DNA from: Caecitellus pseudoparvulus
Taxonomy: Eukaryota; Protista; Bigyra: Bicosoecida
Direction: 5' to 3'
Length of the DNA: 64,000 nt
Assembly (NCBI GenBank): GCA_965644315.1
Contig: CBFFRQ010000068.1
Location: 248,001-312,000 of the forward strand
Shown here: positions 24,343 to 36,085 of the stretch, in pieces
Numbering within the stretch: position 1 is the first letter of the stretch
Layout of the letters: each line of letters starts with the position of its first letter
Translations under genes and position numbers: made by a program
The notes under the pieces: generated by a model
The model's input: the letters and a program-made list of their open reading frames with translations, nothing else
What the model was told of the DNA's origin: nothing
Databases searched by the model: none

Positions 24343-27300
24343 TCAACCCTCGGTCGTGGCCATGATGGCGTTGATGTAGTCAAGGATCAAACCTGCCATG
24401 TCTGCGGCCTGGGATGTGTACATGGACAGGTCATCCGTGTCCTGGGTCTCCGGGTTCCAGATGATGAGGGAGAACTGGGTTGAAGAGCCACCCCACCGGT
24501 AGATGTCAGCGTAGCCGAAGGACGCCAGCGTGTCACGGTTCTCGTCCAGGAAGTGCAGGCCCTCGGAGTTGTAGGCCAGGATGATGCGGTCTGGGTAAGA
24601 GTCCATGTGGCCAGGGAACTTGTTCTTCTTGACGTAGAAGAAGGAAGTGCCGTACAGGGGGTGGTCCTTCACCGCCTCCACGACTTCGTTCTGCAGCTCC
24701 TCAGGGTCCTTGCTGATGCTGTCCTCGCGGTACTTGAGGACTTCCTCGGCCCAGTCATCCTCGTCCTTGTGCTCACGCCAGGGCATGGGCACGTACTCGA
24801 TGAGCTGGCCGTTCTCGGGGTCAGTGAGGTCGAAGGGGTCCTCTGGCATCTCCTCTCCAAACTCAACAGCCATGAAGTCAGACACCATCTTCGCCACTTC
24901 ATCCTCATCATCCACTGGGATGTTGCCCTTGATGACTTCGTCCACCGCCTGCAGGTACACCAGGCGTGAGAACATGGGGTCCTCGCTGGGTTCGTCTTGG
25001 TTCTTGAGGAAGATCTTGCGTTTGAAGACGAATTTGAACTTCTGGTTCTGGCGCACCTTCACCGTGACGACGTCCCCCATGAAGTTTTCGTTCTGCAGGG
25101 GGCGAGGAGTCTTGGGCAGTCGCTCCACGATGCCCGCCTTGGCCAGCGGGTTGGGCGCCTCGTCCCCTTCGCCGTCCACATCCTCCACGAAGATGCCGAA
25201 GTACTGCATGCGGGGGTCCTGCAGCTCCATGAAGTGAGTGCAGATGTCCAGCACCTTGGCCACGTTCAGATCTGGCGTGATGGGCAGCTCCTCCGTGAGG
25301 GGTGTCCCGTCCACCAGCTCAATCGTGGCCAAGATGGGGGGGCGCTCCTTGTACGCCTGGATCTCGTTCACGCTGGGCACGAAGCCAGAGGGCCCTGAGT
25401 TCAAGATGCCCTCCAGGCGGCGCAGGGAGTAGCGCGCGTAGTTGCCGATCGCGCCCGAACCCTCCACGAACTCCAGGATGAAGTTGAGCAGGTAGTTCTC
25501 AAAGTCAGATGAGGGGGGGAACGTGCCCACGCACATGCACATGACCTGCCACGCGCGCACCTGTGACTCAGGGCGCGGGTTGCGGGACAGGTGCTTGCAC
25601 AGCTGCAGGTAGATCTCATCCACAAGCTCCGGCATCTCCAAGCCCTTGGTCAGGATGTCCTGCGCCAGTGTGGCCGGGAAGGACATGGAGCGGTCGCCAG
25701 TGTACCCCAGCAAGTTCTTGTGCAGGCGCAGGGCCTGCTTGTTCAGCTCCTTGCCCTCGAATTCGCTGAGGGAGCGGTTGATGACAGTGTTCTGCCAGCG
25801 CAGCTGTTGGGCCTTGGTCTTGTTCTTCGAGAACAGGATGCCCTTCGCGAAATCGTCGGGGGAGCGAATCTTGGAGTACTTGGAGAAGTGGAACCGGGGG
25901 TTGCGCGCCTTCTCCATCTTCTCCTCGCGCTGCTTCTTCAGCTCGTCATCGTCTAGGCTGGGGCCGTCCTCGCCATAGTCGTCGTCGTCCATGGCAGCCT
26001 TTGCGCGCTGGCGCTCCAGCTCACGCACCTTCTTCTTCGCCTCGCGCATGAGCAGGGACGCCAGGCCCAGGTCGTCTGCGCGGTCCATGGCAGCCTTGAG
26101 CTTCTTGAGCTCCTCCGCGTCGATGAGCTCGCGCAGGTCCTCCTGCACGACCAGCACGCGCTCCATCTTGCTCTTGAAGTCATTGGCCGCCGTCACGAAG
26201 GGGCTGTCAGGGCTCAGGCCCTTGGAGATGGCGTCTGCCAGGGCAGCGTCCAGCTCGCCCAAGTCTGCAGGCACGATGCCGGGCTTGGACTTGATCTTGC
26301 TCTCCAGCGTCTTGGTCGCAGCGCGCACGCCCTGGGCAAGCTCCTTGTCCTTGGCCAGCTGCCCCACCAGCTCCTGGGCGGCGTCAACCTCGGGGCCGGT
26401 GATGCCAGCCTCCAGGGCCTTGCCCAGCCACTCGTTGAGGGCAGAGAGCTCCTTGCTCTCCACAGCCTCCACCAGGCCAGTGATAATCTTGTCCGAGTTG
26501 CCTGCCCGCCCGACGATCTTCTTGGCGTCCTTGGTGCGGGAGTTCTCGATGTCTGCCTCGGCGCACTCCGCCAGCAGCTGCTTCAGCGTCTCCAGATCGT
26601 TGGCTTCCATTGCTGCGTCGATCTTGACGTTCAAGTCAGCCTCCTTCTCGATCAGCGCCTTGGCCTTCTCAGCATGGGCGGCGACGGCGTCACTGGCACC
26701 AGCTGCCGCGCCGGCGGCGACAGCCTCGTCGATGCCTGCGTGGTCGCCGTTCTTCCGCGCAGCGTCAATCATGTCCATGAACTGCCCATCGCGTTCCAGC
26801 TCCTCGAGGCGGGCCTTGGCTCGCGCCTCCAGCTCGGGGTTGCGCTCGGTGAGGCCAGAGTCCTGCGCCTCCATCAGCATCTTACTGAGGGCCTTGCGGT
26901 CCGTGATGCCGGCGCTGAGCTCGGCGTCCAGGGTGGCAGCCAGCTCCTCCATGCGCTTCAGCTTCAACAACTGCTTGCGGGCCTCGGTAACGGCAGACTC
27001 AGAGCCCAGGCCCTTGCCTTCAGCCTCATCGATGGCGTCCTGGATGGCGCTCACGTCGCCCTCACGCAGGGCGTCGTTGATGGCACTCAGCACCTTGGCG
27101 TCTTCGCCCATGCCGTCCATCTTTTCGCGGGCCGCGGCCAGCTCGGGGCAGTCCCCCAGCGACACCTCGGACGCCTTTGTGATGGCAGCAGACAGGGCGC
27201 CCAGGGTGGAGGCAGCGACAGCTTCCGTCAGCTGCTGCTTCACCTCAGCCCACGCCTTGAGCTGCTCCAGCTTCTTGGTGACAGTGCGCAGGGCATCGTT

Positions 27301-30300
27301 GTCGGGCACGGTCTCGGCGAGGGGCGGGGACATGGCCTCAGCCTTGGCGCGCGCGGCCTCCATAGTGGGGATGTCCTCCGACGCCAAGGCAGCCTGCAGG
27401 GCCTTGATGACCTCTGCCTCTTCCCCGATGCGAGCCACCATGGCCTTGGCGGACTCCAGCTCGGGAGCCGTGAGGCCGACACGTCCAGCCTGCGAGATGG
27501 CGCCCTCCAGCATGGGGGCACTTCGTGACTCCAGCGCGTCACGCAGGTCGCTGAGAGCCTCCACCTGCGCCTCCAGCTCCTTCTTCAGCGCGCGCGCCTC
27601 GACCAACACGGGGTCGTCCAGGCCCATGTTCACCATCTCGTCGATGCCGTTCATGATGGCCTCCACGTCACGGGCGGAGATGGCAGCCTTCAAGGCGGCA
27701 ATGACGCTGGCCTCCTTCTCCAATCGCACGCTGAGGGTCTGCGCCTGCTTGAAGGAGTCGTCTTCAGTGACGGCCGAGCCGAGAGCAGAGGCGGCGTCGA
27801 TGGCAGCCTTGAGCGACGCCACGTCGCGTGCGTCGATGGCGGCCCGCAACTGCTCCACTGCAGCCAGCTCCTTCTTGATGACTTCCACTAGGCCCTGAGC
27901 CTCGGCAAGGGTCGGGGGCGTGTACGGGGGCACCATGCGCGCCGCCGCATCCACGGCTGCCTGCAGGGACGCCAGGTCGCGCTCCTCCATGGCAGCTGCC
28001 AGCTGGGCATCCACGGCGTGCTCCTCCTCCAGGCGCTCCTTGAGGGCACGCGCCGCCTTGACGGCTGCCAAGTGCGCGCCGCCATGCGGAAGGTCCACGG
28101 CATCCGACAGTGCTGAGTCCAGGGCAGCTTCGTCCCGGGACGCCACGGCGGCGTTGAGCGCGTCGAGGATGAGCTGGAAGCCCAGGAAGCGGCAGCGCTC
28201 CAGGAACCGGCGCACGACCTTTTGGATGCGCACGACGACGCCGTGCAGCGCCTGTTCGCGAGCCTCCTCAAAGGCCGTTTGTTGGGCATTGCGCATGAAC
28301 ACCTTGGAGTGGCCGATCTGCCACTCCTTGTCCACCGCCAAGCCTTGCGCCGTCAGGTCGTCCAACAAGTCCTTGTGGTCCGTCACGACACGGGAGGCCA
28401 GGGGGCGGTACCGGAACAGGAAGTCAGCAAAGGCCTTGCGCACGGGGTAACCCACCTGTCGGATGCGGCACACCTCCAGGAGCCCCGCGTACCGCAGCTG
28501 GGCCAGCATCATCTCAGACTCAAACACGCCACCCTTCTTGACATGGTTGGGCTTCATGCACCGGACGAAGTGCGGTTCGCAGGTGTTCAGACTGCTGACG
28601 AGCTCGTTCAGGCTCTTCTTGAACTTGAAGCCGAGGGTCTTCTTCTTGCCCTTCTTGGCGCCAGTGGATGCGCCGGTGGACATGAGTTCCACGACGTAGG
28701 AGTCGCCGGAGCCCAGCAGGCAGTCGGAGATGTCCTCGTGCAGGCTGTCCTTGTTCTTCGTGAGGAAGTCCGTCACGTTGTAGGGCACAGCGCCAGCGTA
28801 GTGCACGACGATGAACACCTTGTCGGCGTTGAAGTCCTTGGGCTTGGGCTTCTTGAAGTTGCTGTGCTTGCCGTGCTTCTTGATGACCTTGGACAGGAAC
28901 CCCAGGTCAGAGCCCTTGGGGGTGATGATCTCCTCGTCGATCATGGCGAAGACGCCCGTCTTCTTGGCCTCGATGAGGTCCAGGGTGGCCTGGTTGTCGG
29001 CGAACTCGATGGCAGACACGTCAATGCCCTCGCGCTCGTACTCCTCCTGCTCCATGCGGAAGATGTGCTCGTTGAAGTGGAACTGCAGCTTTTCGTTACA
29101 AAAGTTGATGCACAGCTGCTCGAAGGAGTTCGTCTGGAACGACTCGAAGCCGAAAATGTCCAGCACACCGATGATGCGCAGGGACGCGGTGGACTTCTTG
29201 ACGGCCTTGCCGCCCAGCGTGTCGTTGATCTTCTCAATGATGTCGTCGAAGAGGCGTCCGTAGATCTCCTTCGACGTCGCATCTCGCGCGGTGTTAGCGG
29301 CGTCGATGGAGTACTGCTTCATGGTCACACTGCCGGCGATCTTGAGCTTGGCGTAGCAGAGGCACTCCTTCAGGGTGCCCACGTCCACCTTCAGCAACTC
29401 AGCGGCCTTCTCCAGGGTCGCCTCGTTCTTGATGCGGGCGGAGTCGTCCTCAGCGCCAGAGGGGTCCTTCTCGAACTCCACGTTGCCCAGCCACAGAATG
29501 CCGGCCAGGATGCGGAAGGTGGAGGCCTTGACGTCAGCGGGCCACGCCAAGACGTCCATGGCAGAGGTCATGTCCAGCCAGTCCTTCTCATCGTTGATGG
29601 TGTCCACAGTCGTCACGCCTGACTGGTTCATGTAGTGGAAGGTGTCTGGCTCCTTCAGGGACAGCTCCGCCTTGAAGGCTGGGTCCAGGTCGCCTCCGGC
29701 GATGAGCTCGTAGAACACGTGGTAGTTGCGCTCCTGCTCAGCCTGGAAGGGGATGCGGCTCTTCTCCAGCAGGTAGTTGATGATGGAGCCGCCGATGATG
29801 GCGCCGGAAGGGTTGAACATGATCTCCGTCCACTTTCCGAAGCGGGAGGAGTTGTTGTTGCGGGTGGTCTTGGCGTTGCCAAACGCCTCCATGACAGGGT
29901 TGGACTTCAGGATCTGCTGCTCCAGGCTTTCATCTGACTTGGAGTCGCCCATCTGCTTCTTGCCAGCGCGCGCACTGACCTCAGCAATGAACTGCAGCAC
30001 CAGCTTCATCGTCTCTGTCTTCCCTGCACCGGACTCGCCAGAAATGACCACGGCCTGGTCGGCGTCTTCGCTGAGCATGCTCGCGTAGGCGTTGTCGGCG
30101 ATGGCGTAAATGTGGGGGGGCTGGCTCCGCCAGCCACCGTCCTTGTACCGCTCCAGCACCTCAGGGGTGTAGATGGGCAGCAGGCAGAAGGGGTTCACAG
30201 CGACGAGAATGGAAGAGATGTAGGTGTAGATCTTGTCTTGCAAGAAGCGCTCGCGCAGGTTGTGCAGGATGAGAGCTTCGTTCAAGTTGTTCTGCTTGAT

Positions 30301-30805
30301 CATGTTGTCGTACAGCTCCAAAGCTGTCTCGTCAGCCAGGGAGGCGCTCTTGCTGCCGGTTGCCGACACGCTGAAAGCCTGTGCAAGGGTTCGGCGTGGG
30401 GCGCTCACGTGCACGCGCCGCGTTGGAGACGGAAGGAAGCAGAGAGCATTGAGGCACATGTGGGGCACCACCCACGGCCGGCAGCGGGCCTGGGGCGGCT
30501 GCGTGCGCCTGGCCCCGGCGGTGGTGCAGTTCACCAGCAGCGCCTTCAATGACCGCCCAACCCGCCAACAAGATTCCAGCCAGAGGGGCGAGTGGTGCAG
30601 CCGCAATAGCAACCACAGCATTACTGCAGAATATCTGTTCGCCCTCTGCACAGGTCGACACAATAGTGCCGCCACTCACCGTGCCGTCCAGCAATTCAAC
30701 CTTGCCTGCCTCACCCGGCTTGAATGCGTCCGTCACCCGCGCCGCCGCGAAGCACAGCTCGGGGTGCGGCACCATTACAAGGCTGCCAGGTTCAAAGGTT
30801 GCCAT
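24343..30805 (-). CDS. Unconventional myosin: motor, one IQ-like motif, about 14 helical repeats, MyTH4-FERM tail; 2 exons
   Basis: Motor motifs GESGAGKTE, NNNSSRFGK, LDIFGFE, EQLCINFCNEKLQ. MyTH4 motif LVDEIYLQLCK...RAWQVMCMC. FERM-like tail. Exon 1 is 30805-30680 and the intron is 30679-30379. Confidence 0.93.
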
Positions 30806-31432
30806 GGTGGATGTGGGGCGCGCCTGGTCAAGTGCTGCCGCTCAAGGAGTGGCTGCCTGCGTTGCAGGTGTGTGTGTGTCAGTGCTCCAGCCACGCCCTT
30901 GCAGCAGCTGGCAGCACAACCCGTGCACCTTGTGCGTCTGCGCGACACAATGCAGTCGGGCCCGTCGACCACACTGAGGCTAGACTCTAGGCAAGAGTCT
31001 GCAGTGTGGGGGGTGTTTTTGGTTGGGGGCGGAATGTGGGCTATGTACCTTGTTGTCTGCAAGAGTGCTGGTGCAAGGCTGGCGCGCAGAGTTGGCCATG
31101 GCGTGTGAGGCAGGGGAAGCCCGCCCGGTGGCAGCAGGCCGACCAATAAGAGAGCGCGCAGGTCAATGTACAGCTCCCAGCTGCTTTGAACCGTGCGGCA
31201 CACCTTCTGTAGTCCCCCATGGGGGCGTGTGGGGCGTGCCATGTGTATCCGATCAACAAGTTCTCACCCAGCTTGCCGTCCAAGCCTCGGCAGTGCCGAG
31301 GGCGTGCCACTACCGCGAAACCAGTGAACGCATATGAGGGGCAGTTTCCGGTGTACCGGACTGCAGTGGCTCACTTCGGTATTTAGCGCCTGCTCTTGCA
31401 AGCTAAAGTGCAGCGCCTTCAAGGTACGCAGC

Positions 31433-32242
31433 ATGGCAAGCGAAGCTGGTGCCCAGAGCGCAGCGGGCGCCAAGCGCAGGGCAGATGGCAGGAGTCTTGA
31501 CCAACTGAGACCTTTGGTGTGTGAGCAGCGCCTCATTAACAAGGCAGATGGCTCTGCTCGAGTGACAGCGGGTGCGTGAGGCAGGCGCGTGTAGCAGCAC
31601 CGGGCTGTGTCAATTTCCGCACGCCGAATCGTGGCAGGAGGAACGAGCGTCCTGGTGGCGGTGCACGGCCCGCGCCCAGCTGGCAGTGTGAAGCGTGAAA
31701 GCCCAGATGAAGCGACCATCTCTGTCACCGTGAAGCCCGCCACAGGGCAAGCGGGGCCTCCCGAAAAGCACCTGCAGGCAGTTCTGGCCTCGGCGCTGCG
31801 TGGCTTGGTGGACACTGCAGCCTTTCCCCGGTGTGTGCTGGACGTGGCTGTGCACGTGCTTGGGTCAGACGGCAGCACTTTGGCCCTGGCACTTGTTGCT
31901 GCAGGCCTTGCTGTCGTGGACGCCGCTGTCCCCGTGGTGGGCAGCTTCTCAGCCAGCACCGTGGCTCTGCGCCACGACGGTGAGGTGGTGCTGGACCCCA
32001 CGGAGGAAGAAGAAGGTGCTGCTGCAGCCGTTCTGACAGCAGGCATCTGCTCGTCGGCTTCCTCAGCCCCCGCAGTGCTGGCTTCCAGCCTGGTGGGCGT
32101 GTTGCCGCCGGCAGAGCTGCCGTCCCTGCTGCAGTGCGCCCAGTCCGCCGCGACCACTGCCGGTGAATTTTACAAGCTGTCCATGCGCCAGCTGGTGCTG
32201 CGCAGCCACGACGGTCTGGACACCCCGACTGCCAGCGCCTAG
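31433..32242 (+). CDS. EXOSC5: Exosome complex RNase PH-type subunit (RRP46/EXOSC5-like), 2 exons
   Basis: RADGRSLDQLRP...ADGSA, intron, then GTSVLVAVHGP...FPRCVLDVAVHVLGSDG...LDPTEEEE. Confidence 0.8.
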
Positions 32243-32255
32243 CAATGTATGCCTG

Positions 32256-33404
32256 CTACCTGGACTCGGGCGCCGCTGCACGTACCCCCCACACACGCCG
32301 GCTCATGTCCTGCAGCCGGGCCTCCCGCTGCGCGAGGTCTGCTGCGTGGGCCGCCTCCTCCTCCCTCCACCACTCTTCGATGTCTAGCGCCTCTGCTATG
32401 GCCCTGGAGTGCGGGTCCAGGGCCACGGGCGCAGGGCTGGCTGGGTTGCCACTGGAGTGCGTGCTGGGGCTCGCACCACCCCCCTGCTTGGCGACCCAGA
32501 GCTGCGCCGGCGTAAGGGCTGCAGGGGGTGCAGACTGCTGATTTGAAACATTGGAACTGCTTGCATCTTTGTCGGTGGAAGCCGGCGCTTGGCTGGAGCG
32601 CTGAGCCGTCCGGCCCCGGCGAGCAGCGAAGGCTTGTGCTGGGGTCAGCGCTGTGGGGGCTGCAGAGGAGGGCAGTGCGCTGTGCGGCACTGCTGTGGCC
32701 TGGAACTCTGGCGTGTCTTCAGTCTCTTCATCTGCCTCGTCGGCCTCGGCGCGAGCGCTGGCTGAGTCTGCTGCCCAGCCATCTGTCAGGTTCCGCAGCC
32801 CAGCGCCCACGCTGCCGTTCAGCGCGTCAAAGAGGGATTCAGCCTGCAGCAGGAGGGACGAGAAGTGCCTTGAAGTGCTCAACGACCAGGGTTGTGCCTC
32901 TGGGGCTTGTGGTCTTCTCACCTGCCCCGTCACGCCGGCTGCCTCGAAGTCAGCCTGGCGAGGAAAGTGCAGCGCAACACCATCGGCAAACTCCTGGGGC
33001 TGTGCAGCGGGCAGGGAAAGCTGTGAGAGCCAGCAGTTCAGTGGCCAGTCAGCTAGGGTATTCTGGCTCACATTGTGCACATCCCACAACCAGATAGCGG
33101 CTGTCACTGCTGCAGCACTTGTTCCCCACGCAATGGCTGAGCCATACAGAAACGCCCGCATGGCCAGCAGCCCAGCGGTCGTCCCAGAGCCATCAACAAC
33201 CGTGTTCGCAGGAAGGCTGCTCCCTGACGGAGGGGCTCCTTTAAGACCCTTTGCTCCTTCCTTGCTGGCCGAAATGGCGACTGTCAGCGCCCGCTGGTAT
33301 CCCAGCTTGGTGCCCCAGGCCAGGCAAGCCCCAGCTGCCACCGCTGTGGCGAGGGGCGCAGCCCACCCCCACGCTGGGGGTGCCTGGGAAGCCTCTCCTT
33401 CCAT
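32256..33404 (-). CDS. TMEM242/DUF1358-like membrane protein with low-complexity C-terminal extension; probable introns
   Basis: LAMRAFLYGSAIAWGTSAAAVTAAIWLWDVHN...EF resembles the TMEM242 ALRALGWGSL...WKALGVHS..DF signature. Two hydrophobic segments. Confidence 0.55.
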   Translation of the reverse strand: MEGEASQAPPAWGWAAPLATAVAAGACLAWGTKLGYQRALTVAISASKEGAKGLKGAPPSGSSLPANTVVDGSGTTAGLLAMRAFLYGSAIAWGTSAAAVTAAIWLWDVHNVSQNTLADWPLNCWLSQLSLPAAQPQEFADGVALHFPRQADFEAAGVTGQVRRPQAPEAQPWSLSTSRHFSSLLLQAESLFDALNGSVGAGLRNLTDGWAADSASARAEADEADEETEDTPEFQATAVPHSALPSSAAPTALTPAQAFAARRGRTAQRSSQAPASTDKDASSSNVSNQQSAPPAALTPAQLWVAKQGGGASPSTHSSGNPASPAPVALDPHSRAIAEALDIEEWWREEEAAHAADLAQREARLQDMSRRVWGVRAAAPESR

Positions 33405-33466
33405 CGCACCTACCAGCCACCCGAAGCAGTGCGTGTCAGCAGGGAGTGGCGGCTTTTGAATTGTAC

Positions 33467-36085
33467 TCATGCCCGCAGAACCCGCGCCTTTGCATCGGCA
33501 CGGCCCGCATAGCTCGCGTGCGGCCGCATCCGCTTGCCCTGGCCCTGCCTGTGCAGGAGCAGGGCAGCGACAAGCTTGGCTGCAGTCGTGGGCTTCACGA
33601 CCACTTCGTCCACGCCTGCTGCGATGAAGGACTCCTGGTCGGCCAGGCCAGCGTTGCCAGTGACCCCCACAATGCGGCCTGTGAAGCCCAGTTCCCGCAT
33701 GGCCCGCGCAGCCTGGCGGCCAGTCATTACAGGCATCTGGTCATCCAGGGTGATGTGGGTGGGAAGTGGCCCCTCTCCGGCCAGCCCCGCCTTGACCATG
33801 TCCACAGCCTCCCCGCCATTCACTGCGAAGGCCACCTTGCTGTTGGGGAGGGAGCGATACAGCAGCTTGCCAGTGATGCGTCGTGTTGGTGTGTCGTCGT
33901 CCACCACCAGGATGTGCGCCGTCACTGGCCGAGGCACCACTTCCTTCTCATCTTCCAGAACAGGACTCAGCTCTGACACGGGTAGCTCCATGCCTTCCGG
34001 CACAGATGCCAGGACGGCTGTGATGGTGAAGGTACAGCCCTCTCCAATGCCTGCGCTCCACACCTGCACATCCCCCCCGTGCGCCACCATCGCCTTCTTC
34101 GCGATGTTCAGGCCCAGCCCCGTGCCCTCCTGCGCCGTGTGCAGCCGGGCGAAGGGTGTGAAGATGCTGGCTTGCTCGGCGTCCGTCATGCCACGCCCCG
34201 TGTCCCGCACGCGGACGAGGAGGTGGCACCGGGAGTTCGCGCTGCCGCCTGTCGCTGTTGATGAAACCGAGCTGCCGATCCCAGACCACATCGGGCCTAC
34301 GTGTTCCATGCTTGGTTGGGCATCCTCTGCCGCGGACTTTGGCATGTGGGCTTGCGTGGGGCTGCTGGGGGCAGCTTGCAGGGGTGACATGCGCTTGCTG
34401 TCGCTCCACGCCACGCTCGCCGAGAAATACACCGAGTCCCCACGCGCACTGTACTTCGACCCGTTGTGCAGCACGTTCATGATGGCCTGCCGAATGCGCA
34501 GCACGTCGCCCAGCACGTGCACGCCCCCCTCCACGTCCTCCAGTCCGCCCTCCACAGCCCAGTGCAGCGTCACGCCTGCAGCTCGGTACGCTGGCATGAC
34601 GGCTCTGTGGATGCTGGCCAGGGTGGAGGCGAGGTTCAGGGGCTGCATGTCCACCTGCTGCACGCCGGCGTCGAAGCGGGCGAGGTCCAGGGTGCGGTCC
34701 AGGAGCGCCTTCATCTGCTGCAGGGCGGCCTCAGCATCACTTGCCCCTTCTTGTGCTCGAAGCACGGGCGGAAGAGACTCCTTGGCCACAGCTGAGTCGT
34801 CTTCATGATCGTCCACGCGCCCTGCGCCGGGGGCATGCTGCTGGATCCCCTGCCGCTTACTAATGATGGACAGGGTGGCCTTCACGTCTTCCAGCGCCAG
34901 CAAGCCCACGTTGGCCGGTACGCGCACTTCGTGGGACAGGTACCGCAGGAACTTGGACAGGAGACCGACACGCTGGGACTCGGTGCGCAGGACGAAGACC
35001 CACGCGAGCAGGGGGAATCCGTAGCCTCCTGCAAGCGCCTCGAGAAACTCAATGATAGCGCTGACATCTTCGATGGGCAACAACACTCCGCCGGCGGCGG
35101 TCCCAACGATACCCAGCAGGAACGCGATGGCTGTCGTTCGAGATAGAACCTGTGCCATCAGGGCAGAGCGGAAGGTCACCATGCGAAGGAGGATGACAAC
35201 GATGACGAGCAAGCCGAGGATGAAGCCAAAGGGAGAGGTCTCCAAGGGCGTCGGCCAAGCACGTCTCAGCGCAAATTCGCCCCGTCGCAGGGTACGCAGC
35301 AGTGGTAGAGCTGCCCAGTGCGTCAAGAAGCGCATCGCAGGGGCCTCCACGTTCACATTGATGCCTACGAAGCGCAGGAACCAGGTCAGGGGTGGCACCG
35401 GGCGACGCATGCCTTCCAGGGCTTCACAGCGCAAGGCGAGCTCATCGATGGTGCTGAGCAGCCAAGCTGAAGCAACAAGGGCAATGCTGTTGGGGCTGCG
35501 GTCGAACAGCACAAAGTCCACGATCTGTGCCAGCCCCTCCTTTGGCTGCGTGGAGGAGTTGAGCCAGATCAGGGAGGCGCCCGCCGTGAAGATGCTGCAC
35601 GCCATCCAGAACATGACGATGAGCTGGATGATCAAGTCTCTTCGCATGGTCATGTTCTTCTCCCCCAGGAGCCACAGGTAGATGCTGCCATGGGGCACGC
35701 CGAAGCCACACCAGCGGCTGCACCACTGCTGCGCGGCCTCTCTGCTCCCCGGCCGCCTGTCAGCGCCACCCAGCGACTGCTTGCGTTGAGACAGAGTGAA
35801 GACAATGAACACCGTGGAAATGATGAGGCACAGCGCGCCAATGCTCTGGCGCATGCGGCCACCAGTCACATCCGCCATGGGCACAAGCGGCTGTGTCGAG
35901 CTCGAGCTCACAAGAGCAGCTCCCAGCGCGCAACCAACAGAGACGAGGAGGGACACGAGCATGACACCTCCAGGGCTGCAAATGCTGTGCCGAACATACT
36001 GTGGAGCCTTCGGCTGCGGAGGTGCCTCCCGCGGCTCAGTGCCTTCCACCGGCTGCACTGGGCGGAAAGTGCCGCCTGGCTCCAT
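33467..36085 (-). CDS. Hybrid sensor histidine kinase 1 (multi-TM sensor, HisKA, HATPase, receiver)
   Basis: H-box YLSHEVRVP, N-box NVLHNGSKY, G1 DTGRGM, G2 GTGLGL. Receiver motifs ILVVDDD, LDDQMP, TG and KP. About 8 hydrophobic segments at the N-terminus. Confidence 0.92.
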   Translation of the reverse strand: MEPGGTFRPVQPVEGTEPREAPPQPKAPQYVRHSICSPGGVMLVSLLVSVGCALGAALVSSSSTQPLVPMADVTGGRMRQSIGALCLIISTVFIVFTLSQRKQSLGGADRRPGSREAAQQWCSRWCGFGVPHGSIYLWLLGEKNMTMRRDLIIQLIVMFWMACSIFTAGASLIWLNSSTQPKEGLAQIVDFVLFDRSPNSIALVASAWLLSTIDELALRCEALEGMRRPVPPLTWFLRFVGINVNVEAPAMRFLTHWAALPLLRTLRRGEFALRRAWPTPLETSPFGFILGLLVIVVILLRMVTFRSALMAQVLSRTTAIAFLLGIVGTAAGGVLLPIEDVSAIIEFLEALAGGYGFPLLAWVFVLRTESQRVGLLSKFLRYLSHEVRVPANVGLLALEDVKATLSIISKRQGIQQHAPGAGRVDDHEDDSAVAKESLPPVLRAQEGASDAEAALQQMKALLDRTLDLARFDAGVQQVDMQPLNLASTLASIHRAVMPAYRAAGVTLHWAVEGGLEDVEGGVHVLGDVLRIRQAIMNVLHNGSKYSARGDSVYFSASVAWSDSKRMSPLQAAPSSPTQAHMPKSAAEDAQPSMEHVGPMWSGIGSSVSSTATGGSANSRCHLLVRVRDTGRGMTDAEQASIFTPFARLHTAQEGTGLGLNIAKKAMVAHGGDVQVWSAGIGEGCTFTITAVLASVPEGMELPVSELSPVLEDEKEVVPRPVTAHILVVDDDTPTRRITGKLLYRSLPNSKVAFAVNGGEAVDMVKAGLAGEGPLPTHITLDDQMPVMTGRQAARAMRELGFTGRIVGVTGNAGLADQESFIAAGVDEVVVKPTTAAKLVAALLLHRQGQGKRMRPHASYAGRADAKARVLRA

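Noticed and set aside
25991-29622. Long plus-strand ORFs (635 aa, 466 aa) antisense to myosin
   Set aside because: These are shadow ORFs from strong GC3 codon bias. The translations are S/A/R-rich or L/V/G-rich with no motifs.
30379-30675. ORF-track N-terminus of the 2110-aa myosin (MAALLCRPV...)
   Set aside because: It is read-through of intron sequence. The real first exon at 30805-30680 splices in phase.
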